Of a stretch of DNA of 48,421 bases, positions 1 to 8,836 are shown in pieces. The stretch lies in the IMG/VR virus record IMGVR_UViG_2907227753_000005. One strand, given 5' to 3'. Both the position numbers and the translations under genes were made by a program. Numbering within the stretch: position 1 is the first letter of the stretch; the number at the start of each line of letters is the position of its first letter. The notes under the pieces were generated by a model that was not told the DNA's origin, did no database searches, and was given only the letters and a program-made list of their open reading frames with translations. This DNA comes from a virus. Taxonomy: Duplodnaviria; Heunggongvirae; Uroviricota; Caudoviricetes.

Positions 1-288
1 TCAGTCCTCCTTCGATAGGAACTCATCGAACTTGCTAACCATCTTGAGGTTAGCCGTAATCTCCTTGTCGATGTCAGATTTCTGTGTACCAATGTCGTCG
101 AGCTGAGACTTCAACTTCTCCTCACGCCTTACTGCTTCGTCTTTTGCGGCAGTAAGCTCACCAATAGCAACCCCGATACCATCACGAGCCTTCTGAAACG
201 TCCGAAGGTGAGCGTTGACCTTACCTTGTGCCCGCGCCATGCGGTGCTGTGGAGCCTTGAGGAATAATGACAGTAAACGTTTGAACAT
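1..288 (-). CDS. hypothetical coiled-coil protein (95 aa)
   Basis: GGAGG RBS then ATG at 288; TGA at 1-3; heptad-like helical sequence. Confidence 0.75.
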   Translation of the reverse strand: MFKRLLSLFLKAPQHRMARAQGKVNAHLRTFQKARDGIGVAIGELTAAKDEAVRREEKLKSQLDDIGTQKSDIDKEITANLKMVSKFDEFLSKED

Positions 289-314
289 ATAACTACCTCC
301 CGTAATGGTTGAAT

Positions 315-560
315 TTATTCAGCGGAGCAAGAGCCACTATCGGATGAACCCGAGTCGCTTCCGCAGTTGTCATTGCTTTCGTACCCACCGCTGTTGCCTT
401 CGTAGTAGGTCGTTGTCGGAGTGGTATTGTAGTAACTGCCGCCGCTAGAACTGCTTGATCGAGGTGACTGTGAAACGCTTGGTCGGCGGGAGTTGAAGCG
501 TCCCGTCTTGGTTCCCTGGTGATTGATTGGTGATCGTGCAGTTGGTTTACTAACACTCAC
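315..560 (-). CDS. Ser/Gly-rich low-complexity hypothetical protein (81 aa)
   Basis: GTG start overlaps the dut stop (GTGA) with a GGGGAG RBS; SSSSSGGSYY...DSGSSDSGSC tail. Confidence 0.55.
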   Translation of the reverse strand: MSVSKPTARSPINHQGTKTGRFNSRRPSVSQSPRSSSSSGGSYYNTTPTTTYYEGNSGGYESNDNCGSDSGSSDSGSCSAE

Positions 561-1066
561 GAGTTCATCTCCCCTGCATTGTCGAAGCTCGTCCCGAACC
601 CGCCGCGATCAGCGTTGCCCAGTCCTGCAACTTCGTACAACTCCTTCATGAACAGCGGCAGGAATACTGCTTGGCATACCTTGTCGCCATCGTAAATCGT
701 AGTTGGCTTGTCCGTTTCGTTCTTGAACTCAGCCGCCCACTCGTCTCCATCCCCGCAGAACAAGGAGTCCATCACGCCGACACCGTTAGTCAGCTTTACT
801 TTCCACTTGCGATACGTGGAGGATCTCTGGAACAGCAGACCTACAGCTTCCATAGGAATCTCTGTCGCTACATTCAGTGGGATGACTGCTACCTCCCCAG
901 GAGCAAGATGAATAGGTTCATCCAGTCGTGCAAAGAGATCGTACCCTGCATTGCGGGGGTTCTCCTTGTTGAAACCTTGGCGGCTAGTATCCATACGCTT
1001 GTAGGGAATGAACCCGTGAACCTGGGCAATCGCCTTACCCTTCTTGCCGCAATTCTCGCAACCCAT
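557..1066 (-). CDS. dut: trimeric dUTPase
   Basis: motifs AGYDL, RSS, GVMDSLFCGDGDEW, QAVF and C-terminal RGGFGTS. Confidence 0.93.
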   Translation of the reverse strand: MGCENCGKKGKAIAQVHGFIPYKRMDTSRQGFNKENPRNAGYDLFARLDEPIHLAPGEVAVIPLNVATEIPMEAVGLLFQRSSTYRKWKVKLTNGVGVMDSLFCGDGDEWAAEFKNETDKPTTIYDGDKVCQAVFLPLFMKELYEVAGLGNADRGGFGTSFDNAGEMNS

Positions 1067-1069
1067 CGT

Positions 1070-1276
1070 TTACTCACCCGCCTGATATGTCATAAGCACC
1101 GCATAAAACGGTTTGCCGTAGGACTTGTTGTAAGTGGAGGAGAACTCCATCCCTAAGACTAGGGAGGTTGAGTTCTCGTCTTGCCACTCACTGATCTGCT
1201 TGTCCAAGGCGGCTACAGATGCCGCCGAGAACGTCTTCACCTTGAACGATTGAGCGTATTTACTGATCTTCATCAC
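1070..1276 (-). CDS. Cse60/DUF2758-like small protein
   Basis: pattern KVKTF...LDKQISEW...VLGMEF...YAVLMTY resembles the Cse60 family pattern as I recall it. Confidence 0.5.
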   Translation of the reverse strand: MMKISKYAQSFKVKTFSAASVAALDKQISEWQDENSTSLVLGMEFSSTYNKSYGKPFYAVLMTYQAGE

Positions 1277-1683
1277 TTGCCACCATCCAACAGGTGAAGC
1301 TTAGGTGCTTCAGGGAGGATAATCTCAGGAGTGTTCTGCTCAGCCTTCTTCTCCTCAACCAGGGCTTCAAACTCTTCCTCGCTCAACTCTTGAATCTCAA
1401 GATCGAGAGTGGTCGTCAGGATGTAACCCATACCATCAGTGAGGTGGACGTTGAAGAATGTCTGCGGCTGTTCATTGAAGGAACCATCCTCATAGTTGAA
1501 TCCGATGACAGCTTTCTCGTATCCCGCCACAACGCCCGCGAACCATACGTTTACTTTCGTAGTGCCGCCCGTAGGTGTTTGAACCTCGTGCATGTTCGTT
1601 GGTGCGTGAACGTACTTACCGATCATGCTTGCTACGATTTCCTCCGTAAGAACTTGATCCTTCGCTTTAATTACTTGTGCCAT
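1273..1683 (-). CDS. hypothetical protein
   Basis: start revised to ATG 1683 (GGAGG RBS, downstream of the promoter at 1732-1760). Confidence 0.75.
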   Translation of the reverse strand: MAQVIKAKDQVLTEEIVASMIGKYVHAPTNMHEVQTPTGGTTKVNVWFAGVVAGYEKAVIGFNYEDGSFNEQPQTFFNVHLTDGMGYILTTTLDLEIQELSEEEFEALVEEKKAEQNTPEIILPEAPKLHLLDGGK

Positions 1684-1731
1684 TTGTAATTCCTCCAAAT
1701 TTGTATTTGAGCTTTTCGCTCTCTCACTTTC

Positions 1732-1760
1732 TCTATACGACACGGTTCGACCTGAGTTAA
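1732..1760 (-). promoter_or_regulatory. phage-specific promoter copy 1 (TTAACT-N15-CGTATAGA)
   Basis: exact motif, intergenic, upstream of ORF 1273-1683. Confidence 0.8.
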
Positions 1761-2113
1761 GCGTACTTTTTCAAGTTTTTCAGGATGTCGATTTTACTGC
1801 CCGAATCAATTGGCGGGGCGTATGAATCCTCAAACTGAGTGACGATAATCTCCCGTGATTTCAACTGCAACGTGACCAGTACACTGCGCCCGTGGAACTT
1901 CATTCGAGACTTCACAAGGATGCGATTCTTGTTCCCGTCGAGAACATACTCGGCTATATCCCCATTAGCCAGTGACTCCATTACATTGGCTCTCGAAAGA
2001 CCTTGCTTGAGCATTCCTGAAAGGCACTCTTGAGTGAATGTGAAATTACCGTCCACAAACTTCAAGATCGCTTCTCTTTCTAGTTGGTTAATACTTACTC
2101 CATCTTTCCGCAC
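1757..2113 (-). CDS. DUF4258-like hypothetical protein
   Basis: GTG 2113 after GGAGGTG; pattern FTFT..M...V...L..G.I.EY...RIL...GR.V.V...IIVT. Confidence 0.55.
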   Translation of the reverse strand: MRKDGVSINQLEREAILKFVDGNFTFTQECLSGMLKQGLSRANVMESLANGDIAEYVLDGNKNRILVKSRMKFHGRSVLVTLQLKSREIIVTQFEDSYAPPIDSGSKIDILKNLKKYA

Positions 2114-2134
2114 GACTTCACCTCCCTTAATTTC

Positions 2135-2163
2135 TCTATACGACATGAATAATTGGCAGTTAA
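2135..2163 (-). promoter_or_regulatory. phage-specific promoter copy 2
   Basis: TTAACT-N15-CGTATAGA. Confidence 0.8.
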
Positions 2164-2302
2164 ATTGGGCATAAAGGTGATGTGGTGCCACACGCTATAC
2201 ACGAATCTGCGGCTAGTCGCAGGGGTTTTGTCGTGTACATACCTGGGAAGAACAAAGCCTAAGGCTGATCGGGACGCTGATCGGTCTATTCGTGCTGTTA
2301 TA

Positions 2303-2330
2303 AAGAAAAAAGCACCCCGAAGGGTGCCTT
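2303..2330 (-). terminator. intrinsic terminator after nrdB
   Basis: GCACCC/GGGTGC stem, 4-nt loop, U-tract on the minus strand. Confidence 0.8.
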
Positions 2331-2334
2331 ATAA

Positions 2335-3396
2335 TTACTTCTTCTTACGGTTTTGGAGCTTGTCGAAGCCGTTAGCTGTAGACACTTTGGCATACTGCTT
2401 GGACTTAGCTTCAAAGAAGTCCGTCTTGGTGGCGTTAAGTGCTTCGTCAGAGAATGGACGAATCCAAGGCATAACGTTCTCCCCTTCAAAGTGCTTGCCT
2501 AGACCCATCATCACCAGTCGTTGGTTGGCAACCCACTTTACATAGCTCTCGAACTCATCGAGGTCTACGTTATCCAGTTCACCAAGTACGTGATGAGACC
2601 AAGCGATCTCAAGGTCAACTGCGGTACGGAAGGTCTCAACAGTCCACTGCATGTTCTCCTCAGTGTTCAGTTCAGGGTAATCCTTAAGAAGCTGTTTGAA
2701 TACTTCAGAGAAGAAGTACACATGCTGACGCTCATCCCGTTGGATATAGGAAGCCATCTCCGCAGTACGCATCATTCGCTGACTTCCCACCCGCGCCAAG
2801 CTATAGAAGAACGCGAACCCAGTGTAGAAGTCCAGTCCTTCCAAGATGATGTCAGCCACCAAAGACTTGAAGAAGGTCTGAGGGGTTGGGTTATCACGGA
2901 AGTCCTGGTACAGCTCTCGGATGAATAGGTTACGCTTCAGCAATACCTCATCCGTTTTCCAGTACTCGAACACTTCCTTCTGAGTCTCATAGTCTGCGAT
3001 GGACGACAGCACGTAAGTGTACGACTGGTTATGGATGATCTCCTGTTGACCGATGATGCCGCAGATCGCTTGCAGTGACGAGTCCGTAAGATAATCCTTC
3101 ACATCTGCCACGTACATACTTTGCATGGAGTCCAGTACTCCCAGGAGACCAATGATCTTCAGGTAAGCAGTCTGCTCCTGTTCACTCAGCTCCTCCTCGA
3201 ACTGCATCTTGTCAGCGTTCATAGGGATTTCATCAGGAATCCAGTGGTTACCAATCAGTACCTTGTAGAGCTTATACATTTTAGGCATCCGAATGTCATC
3301 CCAGTTCAAGATACCTGAGCACTCTCCGTTGACGATGCGGGTAGATTTGTTAGGCGCGGTGATGTCAAAGATGGGCTGTTTTTTCAATTGTTCCAA
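2335..3396 (-). CDS. nrdB: ribonucleotide reductase class I beta subunit
   Basis: di-metal ligands LDSMQ, EIIHNQSY (radical Tyr), LEG, DERQH; W.P.E motif. Confidence 0.95.
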   Translation of the reverse strand: MEQLKKQPIFDITAPNKSTRIVNGECSGILNWDDIRMPKMYKLYKVLIGNHWIPDEIPMNADKMQFEEELSEQEQTAYLKIIGLLGVLDSMQSMYVADVKDYLTDSSLQAICGIIGQQEIIHNQSYTYVLSSIADYETQKEVFEYWKTDEVLLKRNLFIRELYQDFRDNPTPQTFFKSLVADIILEGLDFYTGFAFFYSLARVGSQRMMRTAEMASYIQRDERQHVYFFSEVFKQLLKDYPELNTEENMQWTVETFRTAVDLEIAWSHHVLGELDNVDLDEFESYVKWVANQRLVMMGLGKHFEGENVMPWIRPFSDEALNATKTDFFEAKSKQYAKVSTANGFDKLQNRKKK

Positions 3397-3428
3397 GTTA
3401 ATTCCTCCTTAAATTGTCCTTCACATTC

Positions 3429-3457
3429 TCTATACGACACAGGTACGTCTCAGTTAA
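3429..3457 (-). promoter_or_regulatory. phage-specific promoter copy 3 (own promoter for nrdB)
   Basis: TTAACT-N15-CGTATAGA, just downstream of the nrdA terminator. Confidence 0.8.
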
Positions 3458-3490
3458 GAAAGAAAAACCCGCCTATTTCTAAGCGAGTTT
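3458..3490 (-). terminator. intrinsic terminator after nrdA
   Basis: AAAC(T/C)CGC/GCG(G/A)GTTT imperfect stem plus U-rich tail on the minus strand. Confidence 0.55.
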
Positions 3491-3511
3491 CTTCCTATTA
3501 TAATGTGTTGC

Positions 3512-5863
3512 TTATGAAGCGCAGGATTCACATTCTTCAGGCATCTCGTTTGCCATGTTACGTACGTAGTAAGTGGTTTTCACACCGCTTTTCCATGCGT
3601 CCAGGTGAAGCTCAAGGAAGTCCATTGCGTCGATGTCAGGCTTCACGTACAAGTTGAACGATTGTCCTTGGTCAATGAACCGTTGACGAGATGCTACGTG
3701 CTTAATAGACCAGTGTTGGTCAAGCTCGAAGGCATTCTTACGGTAGTACTGCACGGTAACCATGTTCAGATCAGGTGCAGGGTTGGCAATCTTGTAGGTC
3801 GTCTTCTCCTCGTATGTCAAGAGTCCGTACACAGGGTCGATGGAAGCTGTAGAACCTGCAATAACGGATGTCGATCCATTCGGAGCCACCGCGAACAAGT
3901 ATCCATTACGAATACCGTGCTCCATGACATCCAGGCACAACTGATACCAGTCAAGTCCCTGAGGGCTTTCGATTGGGAATAGTTTACCTTCAGCGTCACG
4001 ACCGACTAAGCCGCGATCAATGAAGTAGTTACCGTTAGCCCACTCGGAACCTTTGAACAGAGGGTACGCGCCTTTCTCCATCGACAACTTCATGGATGCC
4101 TTGATGCCATAGAAGCTGATCTTCTCGTACAGGTTCACGTTGTACTCAACAGCCGCATCCGACTCCCACCGCAGGTGATTCAATGCTAGACGGTGATGGT
4201 ATCCGAACGTTCCAAGACCAATAGCACGATATTGTTGGTTGGTGTGTACCGCTTGAAGGACTTCAAGCTTATCAGCATTCAGGTCAATGATGTTGTCCAA
4301 CATGCGAACCTGGATGTCGATGATACGTTCAAGCTCATGATCCTCTGCTTTACCTAGGTTGATAGAGGATAGGTTACACACTACCATCTCACCAGGAATC
4401 TTCTCGATGAGGATGCGAGTCTTACCTTCCTTAGTTACCAGTTCCTCCCTCACTACCTTGGTGGCAGATTGGTTCTGTTCGATCTCTGTGCAGAGGTTAG
4501 AACAGTAGATGATTCCGTGACCTTTGTTCGGGTTGGCACGGTTTACTGTGTCCTTGTAGAACATGTAAGGTACACCAGTCTCAAGCTGAGAGGTCAGGAT
4601 ACGGATGAAGATGTCGATAGCAGGTACGGTCAATCGCGGCAGAGTTGGGTGATCTACGCATTGTTGGTACAGCTCACGGAATCTTCCCTTACCCTGCTCC
4701 TCGTCATACACCTCGTCCAGTTCAAAGCCCATGATGGTATGTACTTCGTGAGGGCAGAACAAGTGCCAGTCGTCTCCGTTGTCCACTGCTTCCATGAACA
4801 GGTCAGAAGCAATGAATCCCAGGAAGATGTCGTGTGCTCTCATACGATCATCTCCGTTGTTCAGTCTGAGATCGAGGAAGCTCAGGATGTCACGGTGCCA
4901 GTCTTGCAGGTATACTGCAATGGAACCTTTACGAGTACCCAACTGGTCTACGGATACCGCAGTGTTGTTGAGCTGTCGAATCCAAGGCACCACACCCGCC
5001 GACTTGTTCTTGTAGCCACGGATGTCGGAGTTACGAGCACGCACCTTGCCCATGTATACGCCGATACCGCCACCCATCTTGCTCAACCGAGCTACGTCCG
5101 TGTTGGAATCGTAGATACCGATAAGCGAGTCATCTACTGTGTCAATGAAGCAGGACGAGAGCTGACCGCCCTTTGCCTTACCTGCATTCGACATCGTAGG
5201 CGTTGCTGTAGTCATCTTCAGAGTTGACTGTGCCCAGTATGCTTCTTTGACTAATTCCATACGCTTCTCAGGGGCTTCGTTAAGCATCTCAACCATGGAG
5301 ATAATCATGTAACGCTCCTGAGGAAGCTCGAAAGTGTTCTTCTCGTAGTCCCCTGTCAGGTAACGCTCATCAAGAGTAAGGAGACCAATGAACGTGAACA
5401 GGTGGTCGCGGGTATGGTCAATCGTTGCTTCAAGCTCAGCAATGTCACTGTCGGAATATACTTCCAACAATCGAGCATCATAGATACCGATAGACGTGAG
5501 GTACTTGAGCAGATCACTGAAGGAACCATACGGTTTATTTGGGTAAGTCTTGTATTCACGGTTGATCGCCGCTTGCTTGTACAGTTTGGTTCCGTAGATG
5601 CGGGATGCTACGAACATCCAATCAGGGAACTCTTTGTCGATCAGCTCTACCGCAGTCATGTACAATGCGTTGGTTATATCAACGCTTGCCACCTCTACGC
5701 GGTTCAGCTTGGACAATGCACCCTTCAGCAGTACCTCTTGGTCTAGGTTAGGGTGGTTCTCCATGACACGGGAGATGTATACCATCAACCTCTCAAGGTC
5801 AAAGCTCATCTCTCTGTTCTCAGGTTTGGTTACGGTCTTGATGCGAGTCTTAATTGCTGTCAC
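3512..5863 (-). CDS. nrdA: ribonucleotide reductase class I alpha subunit with N-terminal ATP cone
   Basis: ATPT, SCF, CSNLCTEI, APNGST, TTYYVR and C-terminal ECESC motifs; no intein-sized insertion. Confidence 0.96.
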   Translation of the reverse strand: MTAIKTRIKTVTKPENREMSFDLERLMVYISRVMENHPNLDQEVLLKGALSKLNRVEVASVDITNALYMTAVELIDKEFPDWMFVASRIYGTKLYKQAAINREYKTYPNKPYGSFSDLLKYLTSIGIYDARLLEVYSDSDIAELEATIDHTRDHLFTFIGLLTLDERYLTGDYEKNTFELPQERYMIISMVEMLNEAPEKRMELVKEAYWAQSTLKMTTATPTMSNAGKAKGGQLSSCFIDTVDDSLIGIYDSNTDVARLSKMGGGIGVYMGKVRARNSDIRGYKNKSAGVVPWIRQLNNTAVSVDQLGTRKGSIAVYLQDWHRDILSFLDLRLNNGDDRMRAHDIFLGFIASDLFMEAVDNGDDWHLFCPHEVHTIMGFELDEVYDEEQGKGRFRELYQQCVDHPTLPRLTVPAIDIFIRILTSQLETGVPYMFYKDTVNRANPNKGHGIIYCSNLCTEIEQNQSATKVVREELVTKEGKTRILIEKIPGEMVVCNLSSINLGKAEDHELERIIDIQVRMLDNIIDLNADKLEVLQAVHTNQQYRAIGLGTFGYHHRLALNHLRWESDAAVEYNVNLYEKISFYGIKASMKLSMEKGAYPLFKGSEWANGNYFIDRGLVGRDAEGKLFPIESPQGLDWYQLCLDVMEHGIRNGYLFAVAPNGSTSVIAGSTASIDPVYGLLTYEEKTTYKIANPAPDLNMVTVQYYRKNAFELDQHWSIKHVASRQRFIDQGQSFNLYVKPDIDAMDFLELHLDAWKSGVKTTYYVRNMANEMPEECESCAS

Positions 5864-5883
5864 GGTTTTCTCTCCCCCACGGT

Positions 5884-6285
5884 TTATTTTGATAGCCTGT
5901 AGTTTGCCATTAGGTGATCCACTACGAAGTCGAGTCCTGGCAATCTCTGCGAAACCATCTCCTCTAGTAACGGAGACAGTGATCGTAATCCCACCGCTAT
6001 AATTGGCGTTCTATTAGTATAGGCAGTATGGATTATCACTACTTCATCCACTGAGAGGTTTTCGTTGGTCGCATCGAAGACTACGACATCTGATTGAACC
6101 ACAGCCCTCTCGACCATGAGCATGTATTCACGGTTACTCATCCCGATGGCTGTGGAAGGGTCATGGTGTGCCCATGCAATGTCGGTATAGGTACTCAGGC
6201 TCTCTAATGAGAACCCGATAGCTACTGCGCTAATCACTACCGACCACCGCCCATCCATACGCTTTACCCTTTTTGACTTCCTCAA
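5884..6285 (-). CDS. nucleoside 2-deoxyribosyltransferase/TIR-like flavodoxin-fold protein (start uncertain)
   Basis: pattern SDVVVF...S.....IH.AY....PIIAVG. Confidence 0.4.
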   Translation of the reverse strand: MRKSKRVKRMDGRWSVVISAVAIGFSLESLSTYTDIAWAHHDPSTAIGMSNREYMLMVERAVVQSDVVVFDATNENLSVDEVVIIHTAYTNRTPIIAVGLRSLSPLLEEMVSQRLPGLDFVVDHLMANYRLSK

Positions 6286-6580
6286 GAGTTAGCGTCCCAA
6301 GCTCCTGACCATCCAGGTACTTGAACAGGTCAGACACATATACTTCAAACTGCTCCCCTGTATCCGTGTGCTCAATAGTTAGCCCTGCACTTGATCGGGA
6401 GGAGAACCACCCCACGATCTTGAAGGTGCCACCTACTCGTTGCTTGTCCCGAGTCTTGTTCTTAAGCTCAGGACGAACAGGATACTCATGGTTCAAGCAA
6501 TAGCCGTACTTGTCATCGTCCTTGTACTCCTTATCGCAGGAGGGGCATACCTTGACCATGATCTGACTACTCTTTGCCAC
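6230..6580 (-). CDS. hypothetical protein with N-terminal zinc ribbon
   Basis: CPSC...CLNH; GGAGG RBS. Confidence 0.7.
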   Translation of the reverse strand: MAKSSQIMVKVCPSCDKEYKDDDKYGYCLNHEYPVRPELKNKTRDKQRVGGTFKIVGWFSSRSSAGLTIEHTDTGEQFEVYVSDLFKYLDGQELGTLTLEEVKKGKAYGWAVVGSD

Positions 6581-6860
6581 TGAACAACCTCCTTCCTTGA
6601 TCGACGACCTCCCGAAGCTCTTTCAACTCCCTCATCAGCTTGTGGTACTCGTCTCCCGTCATGATCGCCACACTATAATCCAATCGGGTCAACCCCTGCT
6701 TGTCATCGCGGGTCTCCTGCACAGTGATGTTCTCAAACAGAGGTTTCCTGAACTTATTTGCCATGTCATTGTCAATGATCTTCTTCAGCTCATCAGGAGG
6801 AATTTTACAAGTAGCTACCTCAAGATCAGTTACCAACCGAGTTGCGTGATACAAGTTCAT
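6567..6860 (-). CDS. hypothetical protein
   Basis: GAGG RBS, operon position. Confidence 0.7.
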   Translation of the reverse strand: MNLYHATRLVTDLEVATCKIPPDELKKIIDNDMANKFRKPLFENITVQETRDDKQGLTRLDYSVAIMTGDEYHKLMRELKELREVVDQGRRLFSGKE

Positions 6861-7215
6861 CCCTTAACCTCCTCAGCAAGTCAAGCTCCTCTACCAAGGT
6901 GTAGAACTCTCTATCCCGAATAACGAAGTAGTCAGTGTTCTCACCGAAAGAGAATGCAAGGGCAGGTATCTTCTTGTTCTCGAACCCTTCCTGCTCAATC
7001 TTGTCCATCCATTCCTTCTTTATGGTCATTGACTTGGAAGGTTTCTCCTTGGTCTTGGCTTCTATTTGAAACAGCTCGGATACGATGTCACTCTTAGCGA
7101 ACCACAACGCCCCCGAAGCCAATACTCTTTTCGCATCTTGTTTGATCTGTTGAAGACTCCGTGTAATGCGAGTCTCTTGTCGCTTGGAAGCGATCTGACC
7201 TCTGCTCTTAGACAT
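6826..7215 (-). CDS. Holliday junction resolvase-like PD-(D/E)XK nuclease
   Basis: E..I....SGA....KSD....IEAK...W..KI..E....K.PAL. Confidence 0.75.
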   Translation of the reverse strand: MSKSRGQIASKRQETRITRSLQQIKQDAKRVLASGALWFAKSDIVSELFQIEAKTKEKPSKSMTIKKEWMDKIEQEGFENKKIPALAFSFGENTDYFVIRDREFYTLVEELDLLRRLRDELVSRNSVGN

Positions 7216-7438
7216 TTACCTGACCCATCCTCTCTACAACCTGCTGTTTAATTGAGCTTTCTACAGCTTCAATAATGCGTGGGCTGTTCTCCGATACGAT
7301 CTGCTGAGTAACGGTGAGGTAAATATCCCTCTTTGCTTGATTCAATCTATATTTGAGACAGTACCCCAGGGACAGGGCGATAGCGTTAGCTACCCCCGCC
7401 ACTGCGATACCGTAGGCGATTGGCTCCATACGGTTCAT
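7208..7438 (-). CDS. small membrane-anchored hypothetical protein
   Basis: N-terminal hydrophobic helix; overlaps both neighbours by a few bases. Confidence 0.65.
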   Translation of the reverse strand: MNRMEPIAYGIAVAGVANAIALSLGYCLKYRLNQAKRDIYLTVTQQIVSENSPRIIEAVESSIKQQVVERMGQVNV

Positions 7439-7728
7439 CCCTTCTGTTTCATTTCATAAATCTTCAGGCGAAGTGTAGCCCGAAGCATAGGGAAGAACAG
7501 CCCTACGATGGATGGTGGAATGTCGAGGATGACACGCACCACATGATACAAGCGAATTACTCGCTCTCTACCGAGGAACACGTTGAGATACCCTTTGACC
7601 ATCCCTTCATCCCTGGTTTCAGACCAAATGTGGCAAGCTCTGACGATGAAGTAGAGAGCATAAGCCGCCCACAGAATCATCTGCCACCAAGTCAAGCTGA
7701 CAAACGATGTATACAATCCCACGAACAT
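7435..7728 (-). CDS. hypothetical membrane protein
   Basis: two hydrophobic segments. Confidence 0.65.
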   Translation of the reverse strand: MFVGLYTSFVSLTWWQMILWAAYALYFIVRACHIWSETRDEGMVKGYLNVFLGRERVIRLYHVVRVILDIPPSIVGLFFPMLRATLRLKIYEMKQKG

Positions 7729-7732
7729 ACGG

Positions 7733-8836
7733 TTACCCCCTAATTGCGTTTTGGACTAGCTCGTAGATCATGTTGTAAAGCTTGCTATCGTTCTCCTGAA
7801 CGTCCAATTCTACGGCTTCTTTGACCTTAGCGATACCGTTCCACTTCTGCTCCTTGCCTTCCTCATCGGGAACGATCTCCCCAGTAGTGGTGTCAACGAG
7901 CTTGAGCCAAGACGTTCCGCTAAGAACACCCACCTCTTTAGCTACCGTTACAAGCTCCATGATTCTGTCCATACCATAGGCATAGTACAGGTCGATGGAA
8001 GCAGTTCGGAACGGCGGCGCGATCTTGTTCTTCGATACCTTCAGCTTGGACTGCTGACCTAGGATTACCTTGGCTGATCCCGATCCTTTAGCGAAGAACT
8101 CGCCTTTGCTTACGTCCAATGTCTGAGTGGAGTTATGCTTGAATGCACGCCCACCTGAGGAATCAGTTGGAGTACCGTACATGGAGAAGCCGCCGATCTT
8201 GTCACGCAACTGCTGAATGAAGATCAGTGTGGTGCCTGAGTTCTTCAGCTCACCTGAGTTGACGAGCTTACGCATGGCAGAGGAGTTCAGCTTGGACGTA
8301 CCGCCCACCCGAGTCTCTTTCTCGAAGTCGTCATTCTCCATCTCGCTTTTAAGCATCAGACCGTCCGTGGAATCCAGTACGATATAGGCGAACCGTCTGC
8401 TACGAAGCATCGAAAGGATCATGCCGTAGATTTTCTCTGCGTAGGTATCAGGCTGAGAGACGAACAGCTTATCTGTGTTCACTCCGAGAGTCCGTGCCCA
8501 CTCAAGGTTCAAGGCATTCTCCAAGTCGATGATCGCATTGTCACGTTCAGGCTCAACCTGCTGTGCTTCTGCAATCGCCATGAGTGCCAATGTCGTTTTA
8601 CCTGCCGCTTCCCCGCCACGAAGGAATACCATCCGTCCCTGGGCAAAGCCGCCGCCAAGTGCCAGGTCGAGCATCAAGGAGCCTGATGACCGCACATTGA
8701 TGTCGAACAGCTTCTCGGACTTACCGAGCAGGAACATGGACTGCTCACCGAACTCCTTACGGAATTGCTGAAGGAGCTTGACCCGTTCCGCGTCATAGAT
8801 GTCGATTTCTTTCTCAACCGTTGCTGTTTCCGTCAT
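7733..8836 (-). CDS. recA: RecA recombinase
   Basis: SGSL.LD.ALGGG, Walker A GGEAAGKT, IDLENALN, IVLDS, QLRDKIG, GGRAFKH, KNKIAPPF. Confidence 0.96.
   Translation of the reverse strand: MTETATVEKEIDIYDAERVKLLQQFRKEFGEQSMFLLGKSEKLFDINVRSSGSLMLDLALGGGFAQGRMVFLRGGEAAGKTTLALMAIAEAQQVEPERDNAIIDLENALNLEWARTLGVNTDKLFVSQPDTYAEKIYGMILSMLRSRRFAYIVLDSTDGLMLKSEMENDDFEKETRVGGTSKLNSSAMRKLVNSGELKNSGTTLIFIQQLRDKIGGFSMYGTPTDSSGGRAFKHNSTQTLDVSKGEFFAKGSGSAKVILGQQSKLKVSKNKIAPPFRTASIDLYYAYGMDRIMELVTVAKEVGVLSGTSWLKLVDTTTGEIVPDEEGKEQKWNGIAKVKEAVELDVQENDSKLYNMIYELVQNAIRG

Noticed and set aside
293-556. Alternative 87-aa frame overlapping ORF 315-560
   Set aside because: Weaker start context; 315-560 has an RBS and a GTGA overlap with dut.
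3495-3520. Possible dif-like site or plus-strand TATAAT between nrdA and nrdB
   Set aside because: The spacing does not fit CATAA-N6-TTATG, the right half is the nrdA stop region, and there is no convincing -35.
4469-5227. Long plus-strand ORFs opposite real genes (for example 4469-5227, 17479-18120, 23168-23959, 16486-17016, 2521-2928)
   Set aside because: Antisense shadows of codon-biased minus-strand genes; no RBS or promoter and no recognisable motifs.
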